64,000 nt of DNA from a virus. Its lineage: Duplodnaviria; Caudoviricetes. The translations under genes were made by a program, and so were the position numbers. Positions 9,561 through 19,640 of this stretch are shown here, piece after piece. The notes under the pieces are model-generated. The model had not been told where the DNA came from. It did no database searches and was given only the letters and a program-made list of their open reading frames with translations. How positions within the stretch are numbered: the stretch's first letter is position 1; each line of letters opens with the position of its first letter. The stretch lies in IMG/VR virus record IMGVR_UViG_3300013121_000027, positions 96,001 to 160,000 of that record. One strand, given 5' to 3'.

Positions 9561-9632
9561 CTGTCCTCCAAATTACAAAGGTGTTACACTTTATATATTA
9601 TAACATACTCTGAAAAAAAAACCAAAAAGAGG

Positions 9633-9661
9633 TTGCAAAAAGTAGGAGATGGTGATAAAGT
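9633..9661 (+). promoter_or_regulatory. sigma70-type promoter, probably giving a leaderless mRNA
   Basis: TTGCAA-17 bp-TAAAGT, with an ATG 7 nt downstream at 9669. Confidence 0.55.
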
Positions 9662-9668
9662 ACCATCC

Positions 9669-9881
9669 ATGAATACAGACAACACATTCAACACATTAGT
9701 AGCCGACTCCTTCACTCGCATTAACGATGAAGTCTATTGCAATCTGGTAGATATGGGTTTTCAATCCGACGACTCCTACCGTCTATCCTATATAGATATC
9801 CCGTTAGATAATCCAGAAGTGGAAACTATTGTTTTCAATCACTCAGAAGATTTTGACGACGCAATCTTAATTGCCCTGTAG
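9669..9881 (+). CDS. small acidic hypothetical protein (lone + strand gene)
   Basis: 70 aa from the ATG at 9669. It overlaps the 3' end of the convergent Cas4-like gene. Confidence 0.6.
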   Translation: MNTDNTFNTLVADSFTRINDEVYCNLVDMGFQSDDSYRLSYIDIPLDNPEVETIVFNHSEDFDDAILIAL

Positions 9882-10632
9882 GACAAATACCATCCTTAGC
9901 ATAAGAACACCATCTACAAGCTCTTTCGTTAGAGGTAGTAGTAAAATTTTCTTTAGCTACAATTTCATTAACTTTATCTAACAAAATAGATTCAACTTGC
10001 GAGAGGTCATCTTCTGTAAAGAGATGACCTTTTGCTTTACCCGTTCGTAAATAATAAAGTTCCGCATATATTTCTTTGCCTGGAAAGAGATTTTTTACAG
10101 CCAGAGCATAAATACCCAATTGTAAATTAGACTGAATATTTTTATAAGCCACTTCCTGTTTACCGGATTTATAATCGCGTATAGTGATACGATTTTCATC
10201 TTCAGCAACGAAGTCAATAAAGCCATTAAATCTCGCAGGTCCTAAAACGAATGAGAATTGTAATTCCTTAGAGTGTAGATTAATCTTATCCGGAAACATA
10301 TCTACAAATTGTGTAAGCATGAGCTCGCCATCAGCAATCATGTGATCTGGAATGTTTTTCTCAGGATCATAGTCGCCCACTGCCGCGCTATAATTATCAA
10401 GTAGCTCTCTCAGATTTATTTTTTCTCCGTCTTCTAAAGAAATCTCTAAGGCTTTATGTATAATGTTTCCCAATAAAGCCGGATTACCAAAATCAGCAGG
10501 TTCTTTAAGAACATAAGAATAGAAGTATCTGGCTTCGCATTCGGAAAACGTATTAATTCTACTGTAGGAAAAATCTTGTAGAACTAATCTATGAAGTGGA
10601 TCTATATCTTGTTCTCGCTTAATCATTTTCAA
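9835..10632 (-). CDS. Cas4/RecB-like PD-(D/E)XK exonuclease with an Fe-S cluster
   Basis: FSYSRINTFSECEARY, GNIIHKALE, GFIDFV, IRDYKSG, QLGIYALA and a C-terminal CRWCSY...C. Confidence 0.9.
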   Translation of the reverse strand: MKMIKREQDIDPLHRLVLQDFSYSRINTFSECEARYFYSYVLKEPADFGNPALLGNIIHKALEISLEDGEKINLRELLDNYSAAVGDYDPEKNIPDHMIADGELMLTQFVDMFPDKINLHSKELQFSFVLGPARFNGFIDFVAEDENRITIRDYKSGKQEVAYKNIQSNLQLGIYALAVKNLFPGKEIYAELYYLRTGKAKGHLFTEDDLSQVESILLDKVNEIVAKENFTTTSNERACRWCSYAKDGICPTGQLRLRRQNLLSD

Positions 10633-10996
10633 ATAAAAATCTCGTCAATTCTCTATTACGTCTTAACGTATCCAATAAGGTACCGGTTAACATTGATACT
10701 ATTCTTTCTTCATCTGCCTCTGAATAAGCCCAGCCGCCTACTAACGCCCAGATCGCATGCAGAATTTCGTGCAGCAAAGTATCCGCAATAACGTCTTCTT
10801 TGTGTCCGTTAGCAAGAAAAATAGTTTGATCTTTGGGAGATAAACACCCATACACCATTCCAGTGGAGTGTTGCTGTTCTTCCTCTTGAGAAGATAGACT
10901 CCGAAGTTTTTCCGTAATATTTTCTATAAACTCTATAGAGTATTTAAACGGACCAACTTGTACAACGCTTGGGATCTTATTCTTTTTCTCGGTCAT
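10619..10996 (-). CDS. HExxH zinc metallopeptidase-like phage protein
   Basis: DTLLHEILHAIW...EERIV. Confidence 0.75.
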   Translation of the reverse strand: MTEKKNKIPSVVQVGPFKYSIEFIENITEKLRSLSSQEEEQQHSTGMVYGCLSPKDQTIFLANGHKEDVIADTLLHEILHAIWALVGGWAYSEADEERIVSMLTGTLLDTLRRNRELTRFLFEND

Positions 10997-11225
10997 GCCA
11001 CCACTCGTATTCTTGATCTAAATACCATTTATTTTCTAATAATTCTTTATCAAATTCATTTGGATCAAAGACAAGTTCATCTTTTTCGTTAAAGACACGA
11101 CCATCTGGATCTATTTTTTCTTTAGTTTTCTTATTAAGAAACCATCCATTCTCAATTGGAATTAAATTGCTCTCTCCAAATTCAACAAAATCATTAGACA
11201 TTTTTACGCTCCAATGAGATAGCAT
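10977..11225 (-). CDS. hypothetical protein
   Basis: ORF within the - strand operon. The start is probably MSNDF. Confidence 0.6.
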   Translation of the reverse strand: MLSHWSVKMSNDFVEFGESNLIPIENGWFLNKKTKEKIDPDGRVFNEKDELVFDPNEFDKELLENKWYLDQEYEWWHDREKE

Positions 11226-11397
11226 CTTTCATTTCTTTTAGGTAAAATAAGATATTATCTATTTGATTCTCTTTCAATTCAACTAAAGCGACACCAACCT
11301 TAAGCCAAATTCGATAATCATCTTCCCCTAATTGGTATAGGCTAAGAGATATATCGTCGTCCTCACCCTCAATAGTGCCTATAAAATCAGCTTGCAT
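11194..11397 (-). CDS. hypothetical protein
   Basis: 67-aa ORF within the operon. Confidence 0.6.
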   Translation of the reverse strand: MQADFIGTIEGEDDDISLSLYQLGEDDYRIWLKVGVALVELKENQIDNILFYLKEMKDAISLERKNV

Positions 11398-11794
11398 CCT
11401 TAGGAACCTCCCCTAAGTTTTTAAAGTGAGACGAGGAATACTTACCATCTATAAGTATTGGATCATAATTAGGATTATCTAATTTTTCTCTTAGATCCCA
11501 AACATAAGATTCCCAATCTTTTTCATCTTGCGTTTTAGATTCTGTAATAATCTTAGTCTTAAACGGATTAGTCTTATACTTGCTAATAATAAGTCTTCCA
11601 TCTTTGGCTCTCCATCTAAGGATTCCTTGCGTGCAAGAGCAGAAGTCATCGGGATCGGGATCAGTTCTCAAAAATGGATCATGACGTCCGCTACATTTAT
11701 TACATTTGGTATACCGACCTTTATCCTCGCATCTATAGCATGCAGGGCATGTTTTCCAGCATGTTTTGCTGGATGGATTAATACTAATAATCAT
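11387..11794 (-). CDS. Cys-rich metal-binding hypothetical protein
   Basis: CWKTCPACYRC...CNKC...CSC. Confidence 0.7.
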   Translation of the reverse strand: MIISINPSSKTCWKTCPACYRCEDKGRYTKCNKCSGRHDPFLRTDPDPDDFCSCTQGILRWRAKDGRLIISKYKTNPFKTKIITESKTQDEKDWESYVWDLREKLDNPNYDPILIDGKYSSSHFKNLGEVPKDAS

Positions 11795-11795
11795 G

Positions 11796-14700
11796 TTAAA
11801 CCTCTAACAAAAGCTTTAAAGTGGGTTCTACACTCTTGGATGTGGTAGTATTAAATCTAATTTTAACTTCACTACCATTATCTAAAAATGTAAGAAATAC
11901 TGGACTATTTCCTTTATTATTATCTATTATATCATTTATTCTTTTTAATTGCGAAACAGATACTTCATTGAGGGAATTGAGGAAAATTGGAGTACCACCT
12001 ATAAGGTGATTGTCATCAACCTTTTCCACATCAAATGCGATAATCCCAATAGAAGTATTCTCATCTTCCCCATCCTTTCTCGTCTTGCCGACAGCTACCA
12101 CAATGTCCCCGACTTTAAATGGATCATCGGGCAAATTTATAGCTTGCTGCGGCATGATAGTAATCTCTATCCCGTCCTGCTCATCTTCTATCCAGAGGAC
12201 AAACATTTTCTTTCCTTGTCTCGTTATCTTTTTAGTGCAACTAATAACAACACCAGATACTTTTACTTTTTCTTGCGCTGACATTTTTAACACTTGCGAA
12301 ATGGTATGTGTTGCCTTGCCCTCAACTAAATCTTTTACATTGTTAAATGGGTGATCACTTAGAAAGATACCTAACGTATTTAATTCTCTATATAGAACCT
12401 CGTTTTTCGTCTTTCTATTAAAGTTAACGTTTGGCAAATCTAATTGAGCAAAGAAATCATCTAAACATCCCGCATCTATAAGACTTGAGACGGTCCCACG
12501 ATCAAGATATTCATTATCTGCATCTCTTAGAAATTGAAAAAGATTAACATATTCTTTCTTATCTCTTCCTATAAGTTCTACGGATTTTTCACCAAATCCT
12601 TTAACAGATTCAAATCCATAGACAATTTCTTTATCGTTTAAAACATCGAATTCAGCGTTTCTTTTTTGGATAGAGGGGGGAAGAACTTTTATTCCCTTCT
12701 TTTTGCATTCACCCAAATAAAGTCTTAACTTATCCTTATTGGTAGTCTTAGAGCCAAGCGATGTCATAGCTGCTGCCATGAATTCTGTGGTGTATTTGAT
12801 TTTAAAGAATGCCGTGAGATAAGATGTATATGCATAAGCAAAGGCATGGCATTTACCAAAGCTATAGTCTGCGTGATGCTCTATCTCTTTGAAGAGCTGT
12901 TCAGCGATTTGATGTGGCATTTGAGATGTTGAAACGCATCCGTCAATAAATTGAGTACGCCATTTTTTCATCTCTTCTGGAATCTTTTTACCTACAGCTT
13001 TACGAAGACCGTCAGAATCTGGCACCGAAAATCCTGCAACGAATCTTGCAATATCTAACACCTGTTCCTGATAAACTAAAAGCCCATAGGTATCTTTTAG
13101 ATATGGCTCTAATGCCTGGTGAAGATATTTAACTGGCTTTCTACCATGTTTACGTTCCACATATTCAAGATGGAAATTAGAACCCATCGGACCTGGGCGA
13201 TAAAGGGCGATCAGCGCCGCAATATCTTTCAAGCAGGTAGGTTTCATGGCGACCAGAAGATTTAATAATCCATCGCTTTCGAGTTGGAAAACACCAATAT
13301 TATCCCCGCTACCTAATCCCGCATAGACTTCTTGATCTTCATCATCTACAAGTAGATATGGTTCTTGGAAAACTAATCCCTTTGTTTTTTCTATAGTATC
13401 CATAGCCATTACTTCCATAGAGATATTTCTAAGTCCAAGAAAGTCAATTTTTAAAAGACCAAGACGGTCGATTTGTTTCATATCCCATTGGGTTATAATG
13501 GGTTTATCCTCGCCCTTTTGAAGAACTGGTACATATTCAATGATTGGTTTATCAGTAATAACTAATCCAGCCGCATGAACTCCAACCTGACGCCATTGTC
13601 CCTCAAATACTTTTGCGATATCTATAATCTCACGTGCTACTTCGTCTTTTTCATACAGTCGCAAAAACTCTTCAGATTTTAGACACTCATCAAGACTCTT
13701 GCTCTTGCCATAAAGAGCGGGTGGCATGGCTTTATTAATCTCGTCACCTACAGAATAGGGATGGTTAAGTACGCGCGCAACATCCTTAATCGCTGTCTTT
13801 GCTCCGATTTCGGAGACGGTCCCAATCTGGGCAGTGTGATCGAATCCATACTTATTTCTTGTGTATTGGATTACCGCATCCCTATATCTATCATCGAAGT
13901 CCAAGTCAATATCTGGCAGAGATTTACGCCCCGGTATTAAGAAACGCTCAAAGGGAAGACCATACTTAAGAGGGTTAACTTCAGTAATCTTCATGCAGTA
14001 TGAGACTAAAGATCCAGCAGCAGAACCACGACCTGCGCCTGCCATAATTTTATTCTGTCGTGCCCACTCTACAATGTCCGCAACGATCAAGAAATAATTA
14101 GGAAATCCCATCTCACAGATGACGCCTATCTCATATTGAAGACGATCAAATACTTCCTTATTATCTCTCCAATTAGAACCAAATCTTTCTCCTGCCCCAC
14201 GATAAATCCAATCTTTGAAATGATCATCTACAGTCTGATTGTTAGGCACTGGAAAATTAGGCATGTGGCTATCGCCAAATTGAAGATTTACCTCATGCTT
14301 TTCAAGGACTAAAAGAGTATTCTTTAAGTACTCTTCAGGAAAAATCTGAGCCATTTCATCATAAGACTTAAGATAGAAGTGTGGTCCAGAAAATTTAAAT
14401 CTATTAGGCGTATCTATTCGGCTACCGGTATTCACACACAATAAAATGTCATGCTCGTGGGCATGTTCCTTACATACATAATGCGAATCGCAAGTAGCAA
14501 CGATCGGAGCATTAAGATAGTTGGCTATTTCAATCAGTTTTGGATAGTTACGAATCTCTTCTTCGATACCGTGATTCTGAACTTCAATAAAGTAATTCTC
14601 TTTACCCACAATGTCTTGCATTCTTGCTGCTGCATTGCGAGCAAAATCAAAATCATCACGAAGAAGAGCCTGCTGTACTTCTCCTGAGAGGCAGCCAGAT

Positions 14701-15134
14701 AGGGCTACAAGCCCCTTAGAATGCTGCGCCAGTAGTTCATGGTCAACTCGTGGTTTGACATAAAAACCTTCCAAGTATGCTTTAGAAGATAGCTTAATGA
14801 TATTATTATAGCCTTCATTGTTATAAGCTATAATTCCAAGGTGATAAGGTCCACGCTGTGCCCACTCAGCGCTTTCCTTACCCGACTGCTCTTCTGGATC
14901 TTTATCGAAGCGTGTCTTACGTGCTTGGTAAAATTCAATACCAGGTAAGTATTTTAGCCCATATTTTTGGGCAGCGTCATACCCATCTAAAAGCCCATGT
15001 AGATTACCGTGCTCCGTAAAGCAGATACCTTTCATTCCAAGAGCCTGAGCTCTCGCTGCATACTCGTCAAACTTCGCCATACCATCCAGCAGAGATGAAG
15101 TGCTATGGGCATGAAGATTAGCGTACTCTTTCAT
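11796..15134 (-). CDS. dnaE: DNA polymerase III alpha subunit
   Basis: PHP domain (LHAHS...LLDG), GRGSAAGSLV, PDIDLDF, KIDFLGL, RPGPM, YQEQV and a C-terminal OB fold. No intein is visible. Confidence 0.97.
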   Translation of the reverse strand: MKEYANLHAHSTSSLLDGMAKFDEYAARAQALGMKGICFTEHGNLHGLLDGYDAAQKYGLKYLPGIEFYQARKTRFDKDPEEQSGKESAEWAQRGPYHLGIIAYNNEGYNNIIKLSSKAYLEGFYVKPRVDHELLAQHSKGLVALSGCLSGEVQQALLRDDFDFARNAAARMQDIVGKENYFIEVQNHGIEEEIRNYPKLIEIANYLNAPIVATCDSHYVCKEHAHEHDILLCVNTGSRIDTPNRFKFSGPHFYLKSYDEMAQIFPEEYLKNTLLVLEKHEVNLQFGDSHMPNFPVPNNQTVDDHFKDWIYRGAGERFGSNWRDNKEVFDRLQYEIGVICEMGFPNYFLIVADIVEWARQNKIMAGAGRGSAAGSLVSYCMKITEVNPLKYGLPFERFLIPGRKSLPDIDLDFDDRYRDAVIQYTRNKYGFDHTAQIGTVSEIGAKTAIKDVARVLNHPYSVGDEINKAMPPALYGKSKSLDECLKSEEFLRLYEKDEVAREIIDIAKVFEGQWRQVGVHAAGLVITDKPIIEYVPVLQKGEDKPIITQWDMKQIDRLGLLKIDFLGLRNISMEVMAMDTIEKTKGLVFQEPYLLVDDEDQEVYAGLGSGDNIGVFQLESDGLLNLLVAMKPTCLKDIAALIALYRPGPMGSNFHLEYVERKHGRKPVKYLHQALEPYLKDTYGLLVYQEQVLDIARFVAGFSVPDSDGLRKAVGKKIPEEMKKWRTQFIDGCVSTSQMPHQIAEQLFKEIEHHADYSFGKCHAFAYAYTSYLTAFFKIKYTTEFMAAAMTSLGSKTTNKDKLRLYLGECKKKGIKVLPPSIQKRNAEFDVLNDKEIVYGFESVKGFGEKSVELIGRDKKEYVNLFQFLRDADNEYLDRGTVSSLIDAGCLDDFFAQLDLPNVNFNRKTKNEVLYRELNTLGIFLSDHPFNNVKDLVEGKATHTISQVLKMSAQEKVKVSGVVISCTKKITRQGKKMFVLWIEDEQDGIEITIMPQQAINLPDDPFKVGDIVVAVGKTRKDGEDENTSIGIIAFDVEKVDDNHLIGGTPIFLNSLNEVSVSQLKRINDIIDNNKGNSPVFLTFLDNGSEVKIRFNTTTSKSVEPTLKLLLEV

Positions 15135-15592
15135 TCAAATCCTTTATTTTTAAGAAAAGTCGATAGCAGAAGATTTTGTCTATAGTCATTTAATTTATGT
15201 AAATGTGATGTATCTACAACTTCAAGATGTTTACCATACAAAACGATATCTTTACCTAATAAACTGGTTCCAGTTTTATATCGTTTATGTGTCGAAGGAT
15301 CATGGAAAACCGTTCCACCCTCATGCATTAAAATCGCATGAGTTCCATTCTCATAATTTAAAGAACGCACAGTTGCAATCCATAAAGAAGTTCTCCATAT
15401 TGGACCATTGGCAGTTTCATCCGGAGAAAGCTCTAATCCAAATTGTCCAAGAAATTTTCTCCAAGTAAAATACCATATTGGTGAATGATCATTTGGTAAA
15501 ACTTCAGGCGGTAATTGAAGTAATGTAGCCATACAGGCACGAAAGCAATCACCAATTTCAGAATCAACAATAAGTTGATTGTATTTTTTCAT
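15131..15592 (-). CDS. hypothetical protein, possibly a papain-like (C39-type) peptidase
   Basis: Cys/His/Asp arrangement GDCFRACMATLL...HAIL...HDP. Confidence 0.6.
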   Translation of the reverse strand: MKKYNQLIVDSEIGDCFRACMATLLQLPPEVLPNDHSPIWYFTWRKFLGQFGLELSPDETANGPIWRTSLWIATVRSLNYENGTHAILMHEGGTVFHDPSTHKRYKTGTSLLGKDIVLYGKHLEVVDTSHLHKLNDYRQNLLLSTFLKNKGFE

Positions 15593-15597
15593 ATATA

Positions 15598-15966
15598 TTA
15601 CTCTCGTTTTCCGCCAAAGTATGCAACACCATGTCCGGCTTGTATAATAGATTCACTAATGTTAGTTATTCCGGGTGCTATTGCTGATGGATCAATGAAG
15701 GCTAAATACCTACCATACTTTTCTTGCACTTTAACTGTCTTAAGTTTAAGTGGAAAATCTTCACCATTGAGAGTACCAGAAAGTACGTGCTGGACATAAT
15801 CTTTTGCTTCTTTATATCCAGGTTGCCCATGTTCAGGAGTATTAACCCCAGCGAGTCTTACATGCAATACGTGATGAATCCCAAATCCAAGGTCTATTTC
15901 AACCTCTACAGTATCGCCATCTACAGCGCGAATAAATGCCGCCTTATAATTATACAAATCACTCAT
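15598..15966 (-). CDS. thermonuclease (SNase family)
   Basis: VDGDTV, VRLAGVNTPE, EKYGRYLA. Confidence 0.9.
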   Translation of the reverse strand: MSDLYNYKAAFIRAVDGDTVEVEIDLGFGIHHVLHVRLAGVNTPEHGQPGYKEAKDYVQHVLSGTLNGEDFPLKLKTVKVQEKYGRYLAFIDPSAIAPGITNISESIIQAGHGVAYFGGKRE

Positions 15967-16436
15967 CGATCATCCCCACTTCCAGAAAGGGTTCCCTCTT
16001 CCTTACGCTTAGCAAGTTTTCCGATATTAATTCTGGCTACATCTTCTAATGTCATTCCAAGATCTTTAGCGATGTTTGCGCAATACCATAAAACATCACC
16101 AACCTCTTTAGCTATCGCTTGACGATCTTCCTCTTCCATGAAGAGAAGATTCTGGATACCGCCCTTATCTCTAATGAGTTTCTTAATCTTTTCAGCTACT
16201 TCGCCCGCCTCACCGGCGAGCCCCAACGCTGGGTAAATTATAAGATCCTTATAGATTGCGGTTCCACGAGCAATTCTTTGATATTTATTCATTTCTAATG
16301 GCATTTTGGGTATTTCATCTTTCTCTAATTCTGGATTACACCAAATACAAACGTATTCTTCACCGTCATAATAATCGCTTTCCAACCATTGGAGTTGGTG
16401 CACGCATAAACCGTTTTTAGCTGATAACTTCACCAC
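15963..16436 (-). CDS. MazG-like nucleotide pyrophosphohydrolase
   Basis: LGLAGEAGEVAEKIKK...KEVGDVLWY...NIGKLAKR...GSGDDR. Confidence 0.9.
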   Translation of the reverse strand: MVKLSAKNGLCVHQLQWLESDYYDGEEYVCIWCNPELEKDEIPKMPLEMNKYQRIARGTAIYKDLIIYPALGLAGEAGEVAEKIKKLIRDKGGIQNLLFMEEEDRQAIAKEVGDVLWYCANIAKDLGMTLEDVARINIGKLAKRKEEGTLSGSGDDR

Positions 16437-16623
16437 TATCTCTACGCTTTCTCAGGCTTTCAACTTGACTTAAATCGGTAACTATTACAGGTCCATGACA
16501 AAATGGACAAACTCCCATCATCCCTTGCTGTAAGAATTTATCTTTTTCTGCGAGATGATCCGGGATAACAGTTCCGCATCCTGTGCAAAATGCAACTACA
16601 GTATCGTCTTCTGGTATACTCAT
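16417..16623 (-). CDS. small zinc-ribbon protein
   Basis: CTGC...CPFC. Confidence 0.65.
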   Translation of the reverse strand: MSIPEDDTVVAFCTGCGTVIPDHLAEKDKFLQQGMMGVCPFCHGPVIVTDLSQVESLRKRRDSGEVIS

Positions 16624-17864
16624 AATTTTCCTTTCGGTATTGTGTAAGTGTGGCGAATAGGGCTTGGTGCGCTAAATTCTTCCGTCTCTATATATTTATT
16701 ATTGCCCAAAGTAATAATCTTTTTCTTTGGTTCCATTCCATCACAGCTACTACACATTATACCAACTTGCTTTGCTTTTGTACAGGTGAAAGGTCTACCG
16801 CCTATACCATATTCTCTTCTTTTTATCCAATCTTGGATATGAGAATTGGTGACCTCAAAGTTATAATCGGTACATTGTGATAGTGTTTTATGTAAAAAAT
16901 CTATAGCATCCGTTGTATAAGTAAGAAGCGAACAAAGAAAAAGTCGCTCATAGTGTTCAAGATGATGTTGGCTATTGGCTTTATTTACTAAATCTCTTGC
17001 TGCTGGACAATTTTTAAATAGCTTAAATTGATCAAATCTTTTATCTAAATCAAAAGATTCTCTAATACCACCAGATCCCTGCTCTAAAAATCGAGAGAGT
17101 AAATCTTGTTGCGAGGATGTTTTAATTAGTTTGTCTTGTTCAAACTTATAAACAAATTCTCGATACCAAAAGTTGGCATGGGGATTAAAAACCTGTTCTG
17201 GTACTTCTTCTTCTCTTGGTTGAGATGCCCAATCTTGTATTTCCCCTATAGAAGCATTCGCCTTAATAAGGTCTTTGCATGGGACTTTAAATAGTCCGCT
17301 CTTCTGATGTCTCGTATTAGGCAAGCGCCACATTCTACGAATGTCATACACCTGGAAGTCCATACTAGATATATCTAATTCTTCAGCTAATGTATGAGCT
17401 ATGAAACTATATATATTAGATAAGTCTTCTGAGGTACCAGTATTTAAACAAATCGCTTCGCATTCTATATGAAAACCTTTCCCTCCAGAAAAATAAATTC
17501 TGATAGCATCGTCGGGAACATACTGAATCAAATATTCATATAGTTTATGGGAATCTTCCAACGATTGAGAAAGATCCTGCGAGTCTAAATCGAAGTAGAG
17601 TGAGCTCATGTACGAAGCCGAGGAAAAATCCTTACTGTTATATTGAAAAATGGAAGTATATATTCCTTCGTTATTATTCTTAGCAGCAATATCTTTAATC
17701 TCTTCTTCGGAAAAAAGAAAAGGATCACTACCTTCACCCTTTTTTCCCTTTACTTTACGTGCAAGTACCCCTTTTGGATAATCTTCACATGGTGGAATAA
17801 ATACTGCGACTTCAACATATTTGAATAAAGAGGAATACTTAGTGTTGTCATCAGGTAGTCTCAT
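16620..17864 (-). CDS. archaeo-eukaryotic primase (AEP) with a fused PriL-like Fe-S C-terminal domain
   Basis: AEP motifs LYFDLD, FSGGKGFHI and D..RMWRLPNTRHQKSG. C-terminal CPA...HLEHYERLFL...PFTC...CSSC. The start is probably MRLPDD. Confidence 0.85.
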   Translation of the reverse strand: MRLPDDNTKYSSLFKYVEVAVFIPPCEDYPKGVLARKVKGKKGEGSDPFLFSEEEIKDIAAKNNNEGIYTSIFQYNSKDFSSASYMSSLYFDLDSQDLSQSLEDSHKLYEYLIQYVPDDAIRIYFSGGKGFHIECEAICLNTGTSEDLSNIYSFIAHTLAEELDISSMDFQVYDIRRMWRLPNTRHQKSGLFKVPCKDLIKANASIGEIQDWASQPREEEVPEQVFNPHANFWYREFVYKFEQDKLIKTSSQQDLLSRFLEQGSGGIRESFDLDKRFDQFKLFKNCPAARDLVNKANSQHHLEHYERLFLCSLLTYTTDAIDFLHKTLSQCTDYNFEVTNSHIQDWIKRREYGIGGRPFTCTKAKQVGIMCSSCDGMEPKKKIITLGNNKYIETEEFSAPSPIRHTYTIPKGKL

Positions 17865-18033
17865 ATACTTTTGCCGTTCCTCGTTCAGAACCCATAGTCC
17901 AAAGATGGATCTTTTCATTCTTAAAATACTGTTTCATGTCGCGATGGAAAATTACTTCATCCATAAGCCATTCAAAATTTAATCTAATCCAAAATCGTCT
18001 ATAAAGAACGTTGTCAATGTCTAAAATATCCAT
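17851..18033 (-). CDS. hypothetical protein
   Basis: 60-aa ORF filling the gap between the HD and primase genes. Confidence 0.5.
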   Translation of the reverse strand: MDILDIDNVLYRRFWIRLNFEWLMDEVIFHRDMKQYFKNEKIHLWTMGSERGTAKVYETT

Positions 18034-18701
18034 CTTTCCAATTTCGTTTCTGGTCCATCAGTAATAATGTGTAGATTAGCTGCTATTGAATCTGCGTAGT
18101 GTAAAACTTTTTCTAATTCAGTGACCGGTATAGTTTCTGGAATAGCTGACCAATATCCATGAGAGCATCGAATCAATCTTAATATAAGCCCCACAAAAGA
18201 AATATCTATATCCAACGTATTATCTTCATCGGAAGATCCCTGATCCAAACACTCTTGTCTTGACCAGTCTACAAATCTATCAACTGTATAAGCATGCATA
18301 GGATCGTATAGGAATTCGGTTTCTTCCCCTTCAACCAATAAAAATCGAGTAACGTCATGTAGTATAGCAGCAGCTAATAAACAATCGAATTCATTTTGAT
18401 TTTCAAATTCTAATGAAGAAGAAAGGAGTATAACGGCTCTAACCACACGCTTAGTATGTGAAAGTAATCCACCCTCAGTCTCTTCATCGGGTGGGTGAAT
18501 TCCGCTCTGCAATGAGGCTGGTGCTTTCCAAAATGGATGAGCTCTTTTTAAGAGATATCTGACGAATTTCTTAATATTAGGATCAGAGATTAAACCAATC
18601 TCCATGTCTAATTCGCTTATATCACACAAATCAGCTTGATCGTCTAATGACTTTGCCTTTTGACTTAGGAAGCTTTTCGATATTGAATTATCATTATTCA
18701 T
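18021..18701 (-). CDS. HD-domain phosphohydrolase
   Basis: APAS...HP...GGLLSHTKRV, AAILHDV, SHGYW, LHYAD. Confidence 0.85.
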   Translation of the reverse strand: MNNDNSISKSFLSQKAKSLDDQADLCDISELDMEIGLISDPNIKKFVRYLLKRAHPFWKAPASLQSGIHPPDEETEGGLLSHTKRVVRAVILLSSSLEFENQNEFDCLLAAAILHDVTRFLLVEGEETEFLYDPMHAYTVDRFVDWSRQECLDQGSSDEDNTLDIDISFVGLILRLIRCSHGYWSAIPETIPVTELEKVLHYADSIAANLHIITDGPETKLERWIF

Positions 18702-18837
18702 TTTCTGCCTCTATCACATGGAACATCGTTTCTATAGCGTATTCAAACAACTGATTTACCGTATTTAATTCACAATATTTCATTAAGTCGTCTATTTTTC
18801 TTGAATCTTCTTCGTCAAATAAAATTCCGTATCTCAT
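18694..18837 (-). CDS. small hypothetical protein (47 aa, possibly ribbon-helix-helix), absent from the ORF track
   Basis: MRYGILFDEEDSRKIDDLMKYCELNTVNQLFEYAIETMFHVIEAENE fills the gap and overlaps both neighbours. Confidence 0.6.
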   Translation of the reverse strand: MRYGILFDEEDSRKIDDLMKYCELNTVNQLFEYAIETMFHVIEAENE

Positions 18838-19640
18838 TTTGGATCAAACATCCATTTCGAACAAGGCATGTCATACTCACAGCTTTTACAATAAGAAGTT
18901 AATCCTCTTCTTGGTGCAAAAACAATTTCTTCATTAGACTGCTTAGACCAATATTTTAACAATTCTAAATCTTTCTTTTCAATAAGGACCTCTTTATCTC
19001 CCGGCATATAAGATCCAAAGTTCCAAAGATGTACTCTGACATCTAATGGAACATTATCATTTCTGTATTTAAACGCATAGTACAGAATAGTTAGATCAAA
19101 GATCCAAAATGCTGTAGCGCGTTTAAAGTTTGATGTCACCCACTTATAAATGTGATACTGATAATGTCCATCTGCTTTCTTCTCTCGAATTACTGCATCA
19201 AACATACCATCTAAAATAAGATCCTTATCCAAGGGTACATTAAATGGTTCGTCTATTAAGATAATTTCTTTATCGGGTTTATTGGCAAAATCTTCAAAGA
19301 AGGCAAGTAGGGAGGCGGCGGCTTGACTAGTATACGATACGTCATTAGCCCAAGCTACTTCGTATCTGCTTGAGGCTATATCTGCAGCTTGTGTTCCATC
19401 AGCAAACCAAAGCTTCTGCCATCTATTGAGAAGCGCTTGATATGAAGGCTCGGAAAAGGCTTGTTTCTTATAGAAGAAGAAGGCTGCAACTCTACGAATA
19501 GTTGCTTCGAATTTTGTGGCTCTACGTTCCCTAATGTCAGGAGACACCTTAACGCCCGATTCCATTCCAGCATGGCGATATCCATAGAGTAAGGCGCACG
19601 TTTGATAGTCTTTAAGATTTTCTGCTGTTATCTTTTTCAT
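18834..19640 (-). CDS. Cas4/RecB-like PD-(D/E)XK-fold protein, probably catalytically degenerate
   Basis: Fe-S cysteines LKDYQTC...CKSCEYDMPC are retained. The nuclease motif reads FDAVI...IYKWVT. Confidence 0.7.
   Translation of the reverse strand: MKKITAENLKDYQTCALLYGYRHAGMESGVKVSPDIRERRATKFEATIRRVAAFFFYKKQAFSEPSYQALLNRWQKLWFADGTQAADIASSRYEVAWANDVSYTSQAAASLLAFFEDFANKPDKEIILIDEPFNVPLDKDLILDGMFDAVIREKKADGHYQYHIYKWVTSNFKRATAFWIFDLTILYYAFKYRNDNVPLDVRVHLWNFGSYMPGDKEVLIEKKDLELLKYWSKQSNEEIVFAPRRGLTSYCKSCEYDMPCSKWMFDPK

Noticed and set aside
15963-18701. Z-genome (PurZ/MazZ/DatZ) system
   Set aside because: MazG and HD genes are present, but no PurZ/adenylosuccinate synthetase homolog is in the window.
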